A stretch of DNA of 64,000 bases from Amoebidium appalachense. Taxonomy: Eukaryota > Protista > Ichthyosporea. A program made the translations under genes and the position numbers. The notes beneath the pieces are model-generated. The model did no database searches and was not told the DNA's origin. It saw only the letters and a program-made list of their open reading frames with translations. Positions 33,222 through 45,261 of the stretch are shown piece by piece. The DNA lies in NCBI GenBank assembly GCA_963693365.1, contig CAVNZM010000008.1:4550310-4614309 (forward strand), in the 5' to 3' direction. Positions within the stretch are counted from its first letter, which is position 1; every line of letters begins with the position of its first letter.

Positions 33222-34626
33222 CTACATATGTCCGGGGTATGGATACTGATAAAACGGGTACTGTTGGTATTGCATCCCAGGTTGGTATGGGTTGAATGGG
33301 ACCTGTTGGTAGGGGAAGTAGTAGCCAGGCCAGTATGGTTGCCCGTGCTCGTTTCTTGGTGGTTCGTTTTCTTTGTCGCTTTCATTTTCCATCCACTCAT
33401 CACCGTGCACCTTCCTCCGTTCGTTTTCGCTCTCACTCTCACTCTCCCTTTCTCCGTCTTCGTTGCTTTCTGATTCTGGTGCATCAGTGTCTGACCCCCA
33501 GAATGCTCTCTTCGCCTTCCTCTTTTTCTTCTTGGGCTTCCTTGGTTGTGTCGGTTTGGATCTCCCTTTTCGTCCTCCCTCCTGTGCCTTCCTTTCCTCC
33601 TCTTCCTGTGCCCTCAGCTCTTTTTCTTTTTTCTTTTCCTCCCTCTCTTTTTTCCTTGCCTCTTTCACGGCTGCCTCCTCTGCTTTTCTCTTTTCTCTCT
33701 CTCTTGCTTTCTCCTCTTGCGCTCTCTTTTTCTCCTCCTGTTCTTGTAGTCTCTCCGCCTTCCTTCGTTCCCTCTCCTCTGCTCGCTGTTTCTTTCCATC
33801 TTCCTTCTGCTGCTTGCGTTTCTCTCTCTCCTCAAGTTCCTTGAGAAAGGTTTCGCGTGTCCACAGAATCGCACGCTGCTGTCCATTTCCGTCTGTTTCG
33901 TAGGTGGGCAACATGTCATCTCCGCTCTCCGCCTCCTGTGTATTTTCGTTTTCGTTTTCGGGGGGGTTTTCGTTTTCGATTTCGGGGGGATTTTCGTTTC
34001 CGTTTTCGTATTCATTTTCCGGTTCAGGCACCTTCCTGCTTTCCTCTGAGTTGTCCCCCTCTTGAGATTCCTCATCTTCAGTCCACCTGAGTTCTTTCGA
34101 AGTGATTTCAGGCGGGGGGAGGTTTGCAGTAGCCGCACGATGCTTGAGGGGCAGTGATGCTTGAACTCTCTCCTCATCCACAACCACCTCTCCGTTCTCC
34201 TGTCTGAAGCCAGTTTTGGCGAACGCACTCACTATCGATTGTTTGGTGAGTTTACCGTTGAACGCACGCGAGTACAGCGCGATGAAATGTGCATAGGTGA
34301 ACTTCCTGAGGGTTGGGTTTGCCGCGACAAACTCGCAGTAGAGGTTCCTGTATTCCTTCTTCACACTCGGAACGTTGCAGTTGTCCATTGCTTGGGTGGT
34401 TGGTGTTGTGCTTCCCGGTAGTCCGACCACGTAAACTTGGTTGTTTTTGAGGTGCCTGAGGGCGAAAGATGACGCGCGCGAGTGATGTCTGTCGACCAGT
34501 ACCATGTGGGGGCCTGGGTCGGGTTGGTTCTTCAGAATTTTAACCAGAGCAATAGCAATTTGGTCGAAAATCTTGGTGTTGTTGAGGCCGTTTGGAACTG
34601 CGGTAAAGTACACGTTATCAATGGTA
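33222..34626 (-). pseudogene. Transposase C-terminal half (DDE_1, D35D) with long charged and Y/P/Q-rich tail
   Basis: Joins in frame across the TSD (KATIEA-CTIDNVYFTAVPNG). LVDRHHS..LPGSTTPTTQAMD has 35 residues between the two Asp; SIVSAFAKTGF. Confidence 0.88.
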
Positions 34627-35070
34627 CAGGCTGTAATTTAGAGGTTTCTCTGTGAGACTTTATTATTTGCTGACTTACATTGACTGGCCCGCCGGGACCT
34701 TTATATACTTGTGGTCTGGCTCACTGGAATGTTACATACTATTCCCGATTGGTCTACCCGCCGCTATGGATCTAGTCGCTACCAATCAAAACACTCCAAT
34801 AGAATCTTCTAGACTCTTCTAGATCTATCCTGATCTATCGTGAACCTATCCACCAGTTTATCCCGAATATCTCGAATATTCCCGATCACTAGTGCTACGC
34901 TAACGCAGGGCATACCGGATGGCTATCCTGTTCGACACCCCCACTTGCACTGTGTTCTATCTATGTACCGCATGCAACCTAAACCTAAGATGCAACTCTA
35001 AAACTATGCTACTATACTAACACATATAACACCTACTACACGAACATTAACACTACACTATTTGTAGTTC

Positions 35071-37143
35071 TTACTCAGCCATGCCGATGGCCTGCCGATG
35101 CTGCACTAACTTAAGTCTCCCTAAAGCTTTGGTGCACATGTCGGCCACGTTACTGTTCGTGCTGCAATACACAAGTTCTACATCCCCATTCTCCACACAC
35201 TCACGGGTGTAGTGGTACTGAACGTCGATGTGTTTGCTCCTGTTATGGAGCATCGGGTTCCTTGCAAGCTTGATGCTGGCCTGGTTGTCGGCGTAGATGA
35301 TGGTCGCCTCACTCATATCGTAGCCCAGCTGCCCCAGCAGCTGTCGTAGCCACTTAGCCTCTTTGACTGCCAGGCACGTAGCCATATACTCCGCCTCTGT
35401 AGATGAAGTAGCCACAGTCTTCTGTTGCTTGCTGCCCCAGCTGATGGCAGATCCATTGGCAGTGAAGATGTATCCGCTCGTCGACTTACGGTCGTCGGAG
35501 TTGCCAGCGTAATCGGAGACAGTGAATCCCTCCACTGTTGTACTCCCTCCTCGTCCTCCGCGGTAGACAATCCCGTAGTTGGTTGTCCCCTTGAGGTACC
35601 GGAGAAGATGTTTGGCTGCGTCCCAGTGTTGAAGTCCCGGGTTGCTCACGAACTTACTAAGTTCCCCCACTGCTTGTGCAATGTCTGGCCGGGTGGCCAC
35701 CATTGCGTACATTAAGGAGCCCACAGCTCTGGCATAAGGAACTTGCCGCATCGCCACTCTCTCCTCCTCGCTTGCCGGACTCATGGCCTTGCTCAACACG
35801 CATCGCTCCGGTAGCGGTGTTGACTTAGCCTTGCAGTCGACCATGTTGAAGCGCCGCATCAATGACTTGATGTACGTTTCCTGTGACAATTTTATATCGC
35901 CTGTTGCAGCGTCACGACTGACCTGCACACCGAGTAGCAGCTTTGGCTCGCCGATCACCTTGACGGAGAACTTCGTCGCAACCTGCCTGACGAAATCTTG
36001 AATAAGATCATCTGTCGACGCCGCCACTAGCATGTCGTCCACATGCACAGCCACCACCGTCTTTCCACTTCCGTTGACCTTGAAGTAGACACATCGATCA
36101 GCTTCCACACGTGTGAAGCCAAGATCGACCATAGCCTCATGCATCTTCTCATTCCAGCACCTTGCTGCTTGCTTGAGGCCATACAGACTTTTGTGCAAAC
36201 GACACACATAGTCTTCCTTTCCGGGTACCTCGTACCCACGCGGTTGCTGCATGTACAGCTCTTCCTTGATGTCGCCGTTCAGGAACGCCGTGACGATATC
36301 TATTTGTGTGAGGTGCATGTTCTCTGCCGCTGCCATAGCGAAGAGAAGTCTGAAGCTGGTGAACTTGGCCACCGGGGCAAAGGTCTCTTCGTAGTCTATC
36401 CCCTCTTGCTGTGAGAAGCCCCTGGCCACACCACGGGCCTTGTAGCGCTCGACACTGCCGTCGGCGTTGCGTTTCATCTTGAAGACCCACTTGAAGGAAA
36501 CTGCCCGACGACCTGGTGGGAGTGGCACCAGTGACCATGTCCCATTCTTGACTAGAGATTCGTACTCCTCGTCCAGCGCAGCCTTCCACTTTGCACCATC
36601 TGGCCTGGAGATTGCTTCTTCCAGTGTCACAGGGTCATCCTCATTGCTATCAGCACTCTCAATTGCCATGCTGATACTGTCGCGGTACTCTACTACACCT
36701 GCGTTGATGCCGTAGGTCCCACCGCGCCTTGTAGTCATAGACGGATAGGCACTTCTGGTTGCAACCTGCAACTCTGCACGATCTTCCTCGTCTCCTGACC
36801 CTGCCGCGTCCGAATCGCCGCTGTCCTCGCCCGCGCCGTCGCCGATAGCATCTGAATCATATCCACTGTCAGTGCCGATTGCAGGCTTCCGAAAGGAATG
36901 TTGCTTCTTGGCGCTGATTGGATCTCTCGATTCCAAGCTCTGCTGATTTCCGATTGGCTTATGCATCAGCAATTCCATTGGCTCATCTTGCACCACCGGA
37001 ATACCGGCCTTTGGGGTGCATGATTCATCGATCACCACATCTCGCCCGACGATAGTCTTGCGCGCCTCGGTGTCCCACAACAAGTACGTCTTGCTGTCAC
37101 CTGTGTAGCCGACGAATTTACACTCCCGACTCTTGGCGTCTAG
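35071..37143 (-). pseudogene. pol: Outer copia-B pol 3' half (integrase C-terminus, RT, RNase H)
   Basis: KWVFKMK, LYGLKQAAR, HVDD, SSTEAEY, KHIDV; near-identical to the inner copy. Confidence 0.93.
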
Positions 37144-40100
37144 TGTCGAACAGGATAGCCATCCGGTATGCCCTGCGTTAGCGTAGCACTAGTGATCGGG
37201 AATATTCGAGATATTCGGGATAAACTGGTGGATAGGTTCACGATAGATCAGGATAGATCTAGAAGAGTCTAGAAGATTCTATTGGAGTGTTTTGATTGGT
37301 AGCGACTAGATCCATAGCGGCGGGTAGACCAATCGGGAATAGTATGTAACATTCCAGTTAGCCAGACCACAAGTATATAAAGGTCCCGGCAGGCCAGTCA
37401 ATGTAAGTCAGCAAATAATAAAGTCTCACAGAGAAACCTCTAAGTTACGGTTATGGGCCCAGTGCAACGCTACGATCAAGCGACTGTTGAGACAAGATGG
37501 GAAGAGCAAAATGTCCAGTTCCCATGTATGAAGGAGAAGGCAAGGGCAAAATCTCCTACTCAATGTGGGCCATGCGCATGAAGTGCTTCCTCGAGGGCGA
37601 GGAATTATGGTACACGATTGAAGACGTGGCTCCTGAAGTGATAGGAGAGGACGGCGAACTGGTGGAGCAACCTCCGGTGGAGATCGACCCCTTGGACCAG
37701 AAGAAGGCGACTTCCTACCTGGTGGAGACACTAGGTGATGTACCTGCAAGCCTGTGTCGGCGAGCTATTGCCGTAGGAAATCCCAAGGACATATGGGATA
37801 TGGTAGCATCATACGCTGCGCGCAACACAGATGAGCACAAGAGAATGTTGATTCAACAGTTCTGGCGTGCTGATATGATGCCGACGGAAAGCGTGCTGGA
37901 GTATGCGGCCCGTCTGGAGTGCATTGTGCAGGATCTTCTTCATATCGACCCCAATGGAGTTAGTGAGGACATGGTTGCCGAGAAATTCCTGGACGGTGTA
38001 GGCGCTGACGACCGATTCCGCACCGACGTTAGGACCATTCAAGCTTTACCAGCAGCTGAGAAGACAATGGAAAAGATAATCGCCAAGCTGCGTGGTTTTG
38101 AGGAGAACGAGGCTGCAAGGGAGCAGCAGCGGGTGATGATGACCAGCACCCAAGGGCGCGGCGGTACGCCACGACAGGACACCGGCAAGCCGCGCGTGAC
38201 TGACATATCCAAGGTGGAGTATTACAAATGTCACAAGTTTGGGCACTACAAGTCACAGTGTCCAAAGAAGAAGAAGGGCGGCATTCGCGGCGACAAGGCG
38301 AAGCAGAACGGAGCTTCCAAGGAGATACTCGCCATGGCGGTAAACAGCGGACTCCCTTCTTCAATTGAGTGGTATTGGGACTGCGGCGCAACCTCCCATG
38401 TCACATGCCGAAAGGACTGGATGGAAGACTTCCGGTCGATCACACCCAAACCCGTCGCTCTGGGTAACACCCCGGGTGTGATGGCACTAGGAATAGGCGT
38501 CGTAAGATTAACAAGTGAGTTCCAGGGCAACAGCATGACATTTAGACTGCAGAATGTGCTGTACGTGCCAGCATTTGGAACTAACGTGATGTCGGCTTCA
38601 AGCGCCGGCAAGCACGGGTTAAGAGGCATCACCGACGGTCGACAGTGTACGATTGAGAGTGCCACAGATGGCCAAGTTGTGGCCCGTGGGGTAGTGGAGG
38701 GAGGCCTGTATCGTCTCCTAGTGAAACCCGTATGTGAGAGCGTGAACATGGTGACCACTGCAGTCGGCAGCAGTGGGGGTAACACCGTGTGTGAGCCGGT
38801 AAAGGGCAGCGCCAGTTTATGGCACCGGCGGTTTGGTCATGTGGCAATAAACACGCTACAGAAGATGGTTAAAGAAAACATCGTCGAGGGTCTGTGCATC
38901 GACTGCAAAACCCAGGATGACGGTGTGTGCGAGGGATGCGCGAGAGGGAAGCAAGCCCGGCTCTCTTTCAGTAAGCTACCCCGCAAGACAGCGCCAGCGA
39001 AGCTCGACAGAGTTCATTCTGATGTGGCAGGACCGTTCAACAAGGAGTCGCTGCAAGGTTCCAAGTATTATGTCACCTTCATCGACGACAAGACAAGGTT
39101 CACTACGGTGTACTTCATGAAACATAAATCCCAAGTGCATACTTACTTCAAGAAGTACAAGGCACACGTAGAGAAGCAACACGGTGCCAGCATCAAGATT
39201 CTGCGTTCCGACAACGGGGGTGAGTACACCTCCACTGAGTTCAAGACGTTCCTGGAAGCATGCGGCATTGAACATGAGGCGACAGTCCCTTACACACCAC
39301 AGCAGAATGGTGTAGCAGAGAGGACTAACAGGACCATTGTCGAGACGGCGCGCTGCATGCTGCAGTCAGCAGGCATGAGTATGGGGTTCTGGCAGCTGGC
39401 AGTACAGGCAGCTGTGTACATCAAGAACCTGACGCCAACCACAGTACTGGGTGGCATGACACCTTGGGAGGCATGGTATGGAGAGAAGCCCGATGTTAGC
39501 CATCTACGTGTATTTGGTAGCAAGGCATTTGTCCATGTGCCGAAGGACGAGCGCAGGAAGCTAGACGCCAAGAGTCGGGAGTGTAAATTCGTCGGCTACA
39601 CAGGTGACAGCAAGACGTACTTGTTGTGGGACACCGTGGCGCGCAAGACTATCGTCGGGCGAGATGTGGTGATCGATGAATCATGCACCCCAAAGGCCGG
39701 TATTCCGGTGGTGCAAGATGAGCCAATGGAATTGCTGATGCATAAGCCAATCGGAAATCAGCAGAGCTTGGAATCGAGGAATCCAATCAGCGTCAAGAAG
39801 CAACATTCCTTTCGGAAGCCTGCAATCGGCACTGACAGTGGATATGATTCAGATGCTATCGGCGACGGCGCGGGCGAGGACAGCGGCGATTCGGACGCGG
39901 CAGGGTCAGGAGACGAGGAAGATAGTGCAGAGTTGCAGGTTGCAACCAGAAGTGCCTATCCGTCTATGACTACAAGGCGCGGTGGGACCTACGGCATCAA
40001 CGCAGGTGTAGTAGAGTACCGCGACAGTATCAGCATGGCAATTGAGAGTGCTGATAGCAATGAGGATGACCCTGTGACACTGGAAGAAGCAATCTCCAGG

Positions 40101-42072
40101 CCAGATGGTGCAAAGTGGAAGGCTGCGCTGGACGAGGAGTACGAATCTCTAGTCAAGAATGGGACATGGTCACTGGTGCCACTCCCACCAGGTCGTCGGG
40201 CAGTTTCCTTCAAGTGGGTCTTCAAGATGAAACGCAACGCCGACGGCAGTGTCGAGCGCTACAAGGCCCGTGGTGTGGCCAGGGGCTTCTCTCAGCAAGA
40301 GGGGATAGACTACGAAGAGACCTTTGCCCCGGTAGCCAAGTTCACCAGCTTCAGACTTCTCTTCGCTATGGCAGCGGCAGAGAACATGCACCTCACACAA
40401 ATAGATATCGTCACGGCGTTCCTGAACGGCGACATCAAGGAAGAGCTGTACATGCAGCAACCGCGTGGGTACGAGGTACCCGGAAAGGAAGACTATGTGT
40501 GTCGTTTGCACAAGAGTCTGTATGGCCTCAAGCAAGCAGCAAGGTGCTGGAATGAGAAGATGCATGAGGCTATGGTCGATCTTGGCTTCACACGTGTGGA
40601 AGCTGATCGATGTGTCTACTTCAAGGTCAACGGAAGTGGAAAGACGGTGGTGGCTGTGCATGTGGACGACATGCTAGTGGCGGCGTCGACAGATGATCTT
40701 ATTCAAGAATTCGTCAGGCAGGTTGCGACGAAGTTCTCCGTCAAGGTGATCGGCGAGCCAAAGCTGCTACTCGGTGTGCAGGTCAGTCGTGACGCTGCAA
40801 CAGGCGATATCAAGTTGTCACAGGAAACGTACATCAAGTCATTGATGCGGCGCTTCAACATGGTCGACTGCAAGGCTAAGTCAACACCGCTACCGGAGCG
40901 ATGTGTGTTGAGCAAGGCCATGAGTCCGGCAAGCGAGGAGGAGAGAGTGGCGATGCGGCAAGTTCCTTATGCCAGAGCTGTGGGCTCCTTAATGTACGCA
41001 ATGGTGGCCACCCGGCCAGACATTGCACAAGCAGTGGGGGAACTTAGTAAGTTCGTGAGCAACCCGGGACTTCAACACTGGGACGCAGCCAAACATCTTC
41101 TCCGGTACCTCAAGGGGACAACCAACTACGGGACTGTCTACCGCGGAGGACGAGGAGGGAGTACAACAGTGGAGGGATTCACTGTCTCCGATTACGCTGG
41201 CAACTCCGACGACCGTAAGTCGACGAGCGGATACATCTTCACTGCCAATGGATCTGCCATCAGCTGGGGCAGCAAGCAACAGAAGACTGTGGCTACTTCA
41301 TCTACAGAGGCGGAGTATATGGCTACGTGCCTGGCAGTCAAAGAGGCTAAGTGGCTACGACAGCTGCTGGGGCAGCTGGGCTACGATATGAGTGAGGCGA
41401 CCATCATCTACGCCGACAACCAGGCCAGCATCAAGCTTGCAAGGAACCCGATGCTCCATAACAGGAGCAAACACATCGACGTTCAGTACCACTACACCCG
41501 TGAGTGTGTGGAGAATGGGGATGTAGAACTTGTGTATTGCAGCACGAACAGTAACGTGGCCGACATGTGCACCAAAGCTTTAGGGAGACTTAAGTTAGTG
41601 CAGCATCGGCAGGCCATCGGCATGGCTGAGTAAGAACTACAAATAGTGTAGTGTTAATGTTCGTGTAGTAGGTGTTATATGTGTTAGTATAGTAGCATAG
41701 TTTTAGAGTTGCATCTTAGGTTTAGGTTGCATGCGGTACATAGATAGAACACAGTGCAAGTGGGGGTGTCGAACAGGATAGCCATCCGGTATGCCCTGCG
41801 TTAGCGTAGCACTAGTGATCGGGAATATTCGAGATATTCGGGATAAACTGGTGGATAGGTTCACGATAGATCAGGATAGATCTAGAAGAGTCTAGAAGAT
41901 TCTATTGGAGTGCTTTGATTGGTAGCGACTAGATCCATAGCGGCGGGTAGACCAATCGGGAATAGTATGTAACATTCCAGTTAGCCAGACCACAAGTATA
42001 TAAAGGTCCCGGCAGGCCAGTCAATGTAAGTCAGCAAATAATAAAGTCTCACAGAGAAACCTCTAAGTTACA
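37144..42072 (+). mobile_element. Ty1/copia family B, inner full-length copy inserted in opposite orientation (LTRs 37144-37448 and 41767-42072)
   Basis: TCTAG TSD (37139-37143, 42073-42077); PBS GGTTATGGGCCCAG 37449-37462; PPT AAGTGGGGG before 41767. Confidence 0.97.
37497..41633 (+). CDS. pol: copia-B Gag-Pol polyprotein, 1378 aa, single open frame
   Basis: All copia domains in order. The knuckle's first Cys is Tyr here, and the RNase H motif reads GFTVSDY. Confidence 0.95.
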   Translation: MGRAKCPVPMYEGEGKGKISYSMWAMRMKCFLEGEELWYTIEDVAPEVIGEDGELVEQPPVEIDPLDQKKATSYLVETLGDVPASLCRRAIAVGNPKDIWDMVASYAARNTDEHKRMLIQQFWRADMMPTESVLEYAARLECIVQDLLHIDPNGVSEDMVAEKFLDGVGADDRFRTDVRTIQALPAAEKTMEKIIAKLRGFEENEAAREQQRVMMTSTQGRGGTPRQDTGKPRVTDISKVEYYKCHKFGHYKSQCPKKKKGGIRGDKAKQNGASKEILAMAVNSGLPSSIEWYWDCGATSHVTCRKDWMEDFRSITPKPVALGNTPGVMALGIGVVRLTSEFQGNSMTFRLQNVLYVPAFGTNVMSASSAGKHGLRGITDGRQCTIESATDGQVVARGVVEGGLYRLLVKPVCESVNMVTTAVGSSGGNTVCEPVKGSASLWHRRFGHVAINTLQKMVKENIVEGLCIDCKTQDDGVCEGCARGKQARLSFSKLPRKTAPAKLDRVHSDVAGPFNKESLQGSKYYVTFIDDKTRFTTVYFMKHKSQVHTYFKKYKAHVEKQHGASIKILRSDNGGEYTSTEFKTFLEACGIEHEATVPYTPQQNGVAERTNRTIVETARCMLQSAGMSMGFWQLAVQAAVYIKNLTPTTVLGGMTPWEAWYGEKPDVSHLRVFGSKAFVHVPKDERRKLDAKSRECKFVGYTGDSKTYLLWDTVARKTIVGRDVVIDESCTPKAGIPVVQDEPMELLMHKPIGNQQSLESRNPISVKKQHSFRKPAIGTDSGYDSDAIGDGAGEDSGDSDAAGSGDEEDSAELQVATRSAYPSMTTRRGGTYGINAGVVEYRDSISMAIESADSNEDDPVTLEEAISRPDGAKWKAALDEEYESLVKNGTWSLVPLPPGRRAVSFKWVFKMKRNADGSVERYKARGVARGFSQQEGIDYEETFAPVAKFTSFRLLFAMAAAENMHLTQIDIVTAFLNGDIKEELYMQQPRGYEVPGKEDYVCRLHKSLYGLKQAARCWNEKMHEAMVDLGFTRVEADRCVYFKVNGSGKTVVAVHVDDMLVAASTDDLIQEFVRQVATKFSVKVIGEPKLLLGVQVSRDAATGDIKLSQETYIKSLMRRFNMVDCKAKSTPLPERCVLSKAMSPASEEERVAMRQVPYARAVGSLMYAMVATRPDIAQAVGELSKFVSNPGLQHWDAAKHLLRYLKGTTNYGTVYRGGRGGSTTVEGFTVSDYAGNSDDRKSTSGYIFTANGSAISWGSKQQKTVATSSTEAEYMATCLAVKEAKWLRQLLGQLGYDMSEATIIYADNQASIKLARNPMLHNRSKHIDVQYHYTRECVENGDVELVYCSTNSNVADMCTKALGRLKLVQHRQAIGMAE

Positions 42073-44141
42073 TCTAGCTTCCTGCGCTCGTCCTTCGGCA
42101 CATGGACAAATGCCTTGCTACCAAATACACGTAGATGGCTAACATCGGGCTTCTCTCCATACCATGCCTCCCAAGGTGTCATGCCACCCAGTACTGTGGT
42201 TGGCGTCAGGTTCTTGATGTACACAGCTGCCTGTACTGCCAGCTGCCAGAACCCCATACTCATGCCTGCTGACTGCAGCATGCAGCGCGCCGTCTCGACA
42301 ATGGTCCTGTTAGCCCTCTCTGCTACACCATTCTGCTCTGGTGTGTAAGGGACTGTCGCCTCATGTTCAATGCCGCACGCTTCCAGGAACGACTTGAACT
42401 CAGTGGAGGTGTACTCACCCCCGTTGTCGGAACGCAGAATCTTGATGCTGGCACCGTGTTGCTTCTCTACGTGTGCCTTGTACTTCTTGAAGTAAGTATG
42501 CACTTGGGATTTATGTTTCATGAAGTACACCGTAGTGAACCTTGTCTTGTCGTCGATGAAGGTGACATAATACTTGGAACCTTGCAGCGACTCCTTGTTG
42601 AACGGTCCTGCCACATCAGAATGAACTCTGTCGAGCTTCGCTGGCGCTGTCTTGCGGGGTAGCTTACTGAAAGAGAGCCGGGCTTGCTTCCCTCTCGCGC
42701 ATCCCTCGCACACACCGTCATCCTGGGTTTTGCAGTCGATGCACAGACCCTCGACGATGTTTTCTTTAACCATCTTCTGTAGCGTGTTTATTGCCACATG
42801 ACCAAACCGCCGGTGCCATAAACTGGCGCTGTCCTTTACCGGCTCACACACGGTGTTACCCCCACTGCTGCCGACTGCAGTGGTCGCCATGTTCACGCTC
42901 TCACATACGGGTTTCACTAGGAGACGATACAGGCCTCCCTCCACTACCCCACGGGCCACAACTTGGCCATCTGTGGCACTCTCAATCGTACACTGTCGAC
43001 CGTCGGTGATGCCTCTTAACCCGTGCTTGCCGGCGCTTGAAGTCGACATCACGTTAGTTCCAAATGCTGGCACGTACAGCACATTCTGCAGTCTAAATGT
43101 CATGCTGTTGCCCTGGAACTCACTTGTTAATCTTACGACGCCTATTCCTAGCGCCATCACACCCGGGGTGTTACCCAGAGCGACGGGTTTGGGTGTGATC
43201 GACCGGAAGTCTTCCATCCAGTCCTTTCGGCATGTGACATGGGAGGTTGCGCCGCAGTCCCAATACCACTCAGTTGAAGAAGGGAGTCCGCTGTTTACCG
43301 CCATGGCGAGTATCTCCTTGGAAGCTCCGTTCTGCTTCGCCTTGTCGCCGCGATTGCCGCCCTTCTTCTTCTTTGGACACTGTGACTTGTAGTGCCCAAA
43401 CTTGTGACATTTGTAACACTCCACCTTGGATATGTCAGTCACGCGTGGCTTGCCGGTGTCCTGTCGTGGCGTACCGCCGCGCCATTGGGTGCTGGTCATC
43501 ATCACCCGCTGCTGTTCCCTTGCAGCCTCGTTCTCCTCAAAACCACGCAGCTTGGCGATTATCTTTTCCATTGTCTTCTCAGCTGCTGGTAAAGCTTGAA
43601 TGGTCCTAACGTCGGTGCGGAATCGGTCGTCAGCGCCTACACCGTCCAGGAATTTCTCGGCAACCATGTCCTCACTAACTCCATTGGGATCGATATGAAG
43701 AAGATCCTGCACAATGCACTCCAGGCGGGCCGCATACTCCAGCACGCTTTCCGTCGGCATCATATCAGCACGCCAGAACTGTTGAATCAACATTCTCTTG
43801 TGCTCATCTGTGTTGCGCGCAGCGTATGATGCTACCGTATCCCATATGTCCTTGGGATTTCCTACGGCAATAGCTCGCCGACACAGGCTTGCAGGTACAT
43901 CACCTAGTGTCTCCACCAGGTAGGAAGTCGCCTTCTTCTGATCCAAGGGGTCGATCTCCACCGGAGGTTGCTCCACCGGTTCGCCGTCCTCTCCTATCAC
44001 TTCAGGAGCCACGTCTTCAATCGTGTACCATAATTCCTCACCCTCGAGGAAGCACTTCATGCGCATGGCCCACATTGAGTAGGAGATTTTGCCCTTGCCT
44101 TCTCCTTCATACATGGGAACTGGACATTTTGCTCTTCCCAT
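42073..44141 (-). pseudogene. gag: Outer copia-B gag-PR-integrase 5' half
   Basis: CYKCHKFGHYKSQC, WDCGATSH, WHRRFGH..CEGC, RSDNGGEY, QNGVAER; interrupted at RRKLD. Confidence 0.93.
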
Positions 44142-44494
44142 CTTGTCTCAACAGTCGCTTGATCGTAGCGTTGTACTGGGCCCATAACCGTAACTTAGAG
44201 GTTTCTCTGTGAGACTTTATTATTTGCTGACTTACATTGACTGGCCCGCCGGGACCTTTATATACTTGTGGTCTGGCTCACTGGAATGTTACATACTATT
44301 CCCGATTGGTCTACCCGCCGCTATGGATCTAGTCGCTACCAATCAAAGCACTCCAATAGAATCTTCTAGACTCTTCTAGATCTATCCTGATCTATCGTGA
44401 ACCTATCCACCAGTTTATCCCGAATATCTCGAATATTCCCGATCACTAGTGCTACGCTAACGCAGGGCATACCGGATGGCTATCCTGTTCGACA

Positions 44495-45261
44495 CAGGCT
44501 TCGATTGTCGCTTTCTTGACTCGCGCGCCTTTGAGAATCACGATGACACCGAGAAGTTCACCTGCAACATTGCCAATTGGAATGATGGTGACGTTTTCTT
44601 TGCCGTTTCCGATGATGCGACGTCGGACTGCCCTGCTCCCCTTTTTAGCACCGGCTAGTCTGGGAACGTAGTGGATTCTCTGTGGGGTTTCGTCCAGGTT
44701 GAGGACTTGGTGGGGAAGGAATCGGCCGCCAAAAAAGGTTACCATCACTTTGCGGATGATGTCAAAGTAGTGACGAATGATGCTTGGTGTTGTTGCTGCA
44801 TCGTGCCGGTCATCAGCTGGCAAAGGCACCCTCAAAGTGAAGTCTGGGTGTCGTTTTTTGAAAGCATTCCAGAACCCATCAGATGGTCTGTCGTTCTTAA
44901 AGGGTACCCCGTGTTCCTTTGCAGTTTCTACTAGTTTCTGTTTGATTTCACGAACAGATGCGGAGATATTCGCATCCTGCCTCTCAAAGATCCACTCTAT
45001 CACACCTCTCTCTTGTTCATAAGTGAGTGCTGAGGGCCTTCCGGCCCCGTGCCTACTAACTTTGCCCTTAAGGTGATTCTCAATGGTGGTGCGTGCTACC
45101 CCAAAAACTTCAACTGCTTCCCTGTAAGAATAAATATTATGCTTCACGTGCTCTGCAGCTAAATTACATCGCTCTTCATGTGTCTTATTTTTGTGTTCTA
45201 GAAACGCTGCCTCTATCTCCTCTGCTGTGGGCTTGCGCCTTTTCTGCCCTTGTGCACTCAT
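44495..45261 (-). pseudogene. Transposase N-terminal half (two HTH domains, first catalytic D)
   Basis: MSAQGQKRRK; YSYREAVEVFGVARTTI; GRPSALTYEQE; PSDGFWNAFKKRHP; NLDETP. Cut at the CAGGC TSD. Confidence 0.88.

Larger units (their letters stand above)
34632..44494 (-). mobile_element. Ty1/copia family B, outer copy (LTRs 44190-44494 and 34632-34937)
   Basis: CAGGC TSD (34627-34631, 44495-44499); PBS 44176-44189; split ORF 44141-42073 plus 37143-35071. Confidence 0.97.

Noticed and set aside
34632-44494. Assembly artefact or autointegration as origin of the inverted nest
   Set aside because: Each copy has its own 5-bp TSD, four LTRs are present, and the copies differ by many SNPs, which fits a real nested insertion.
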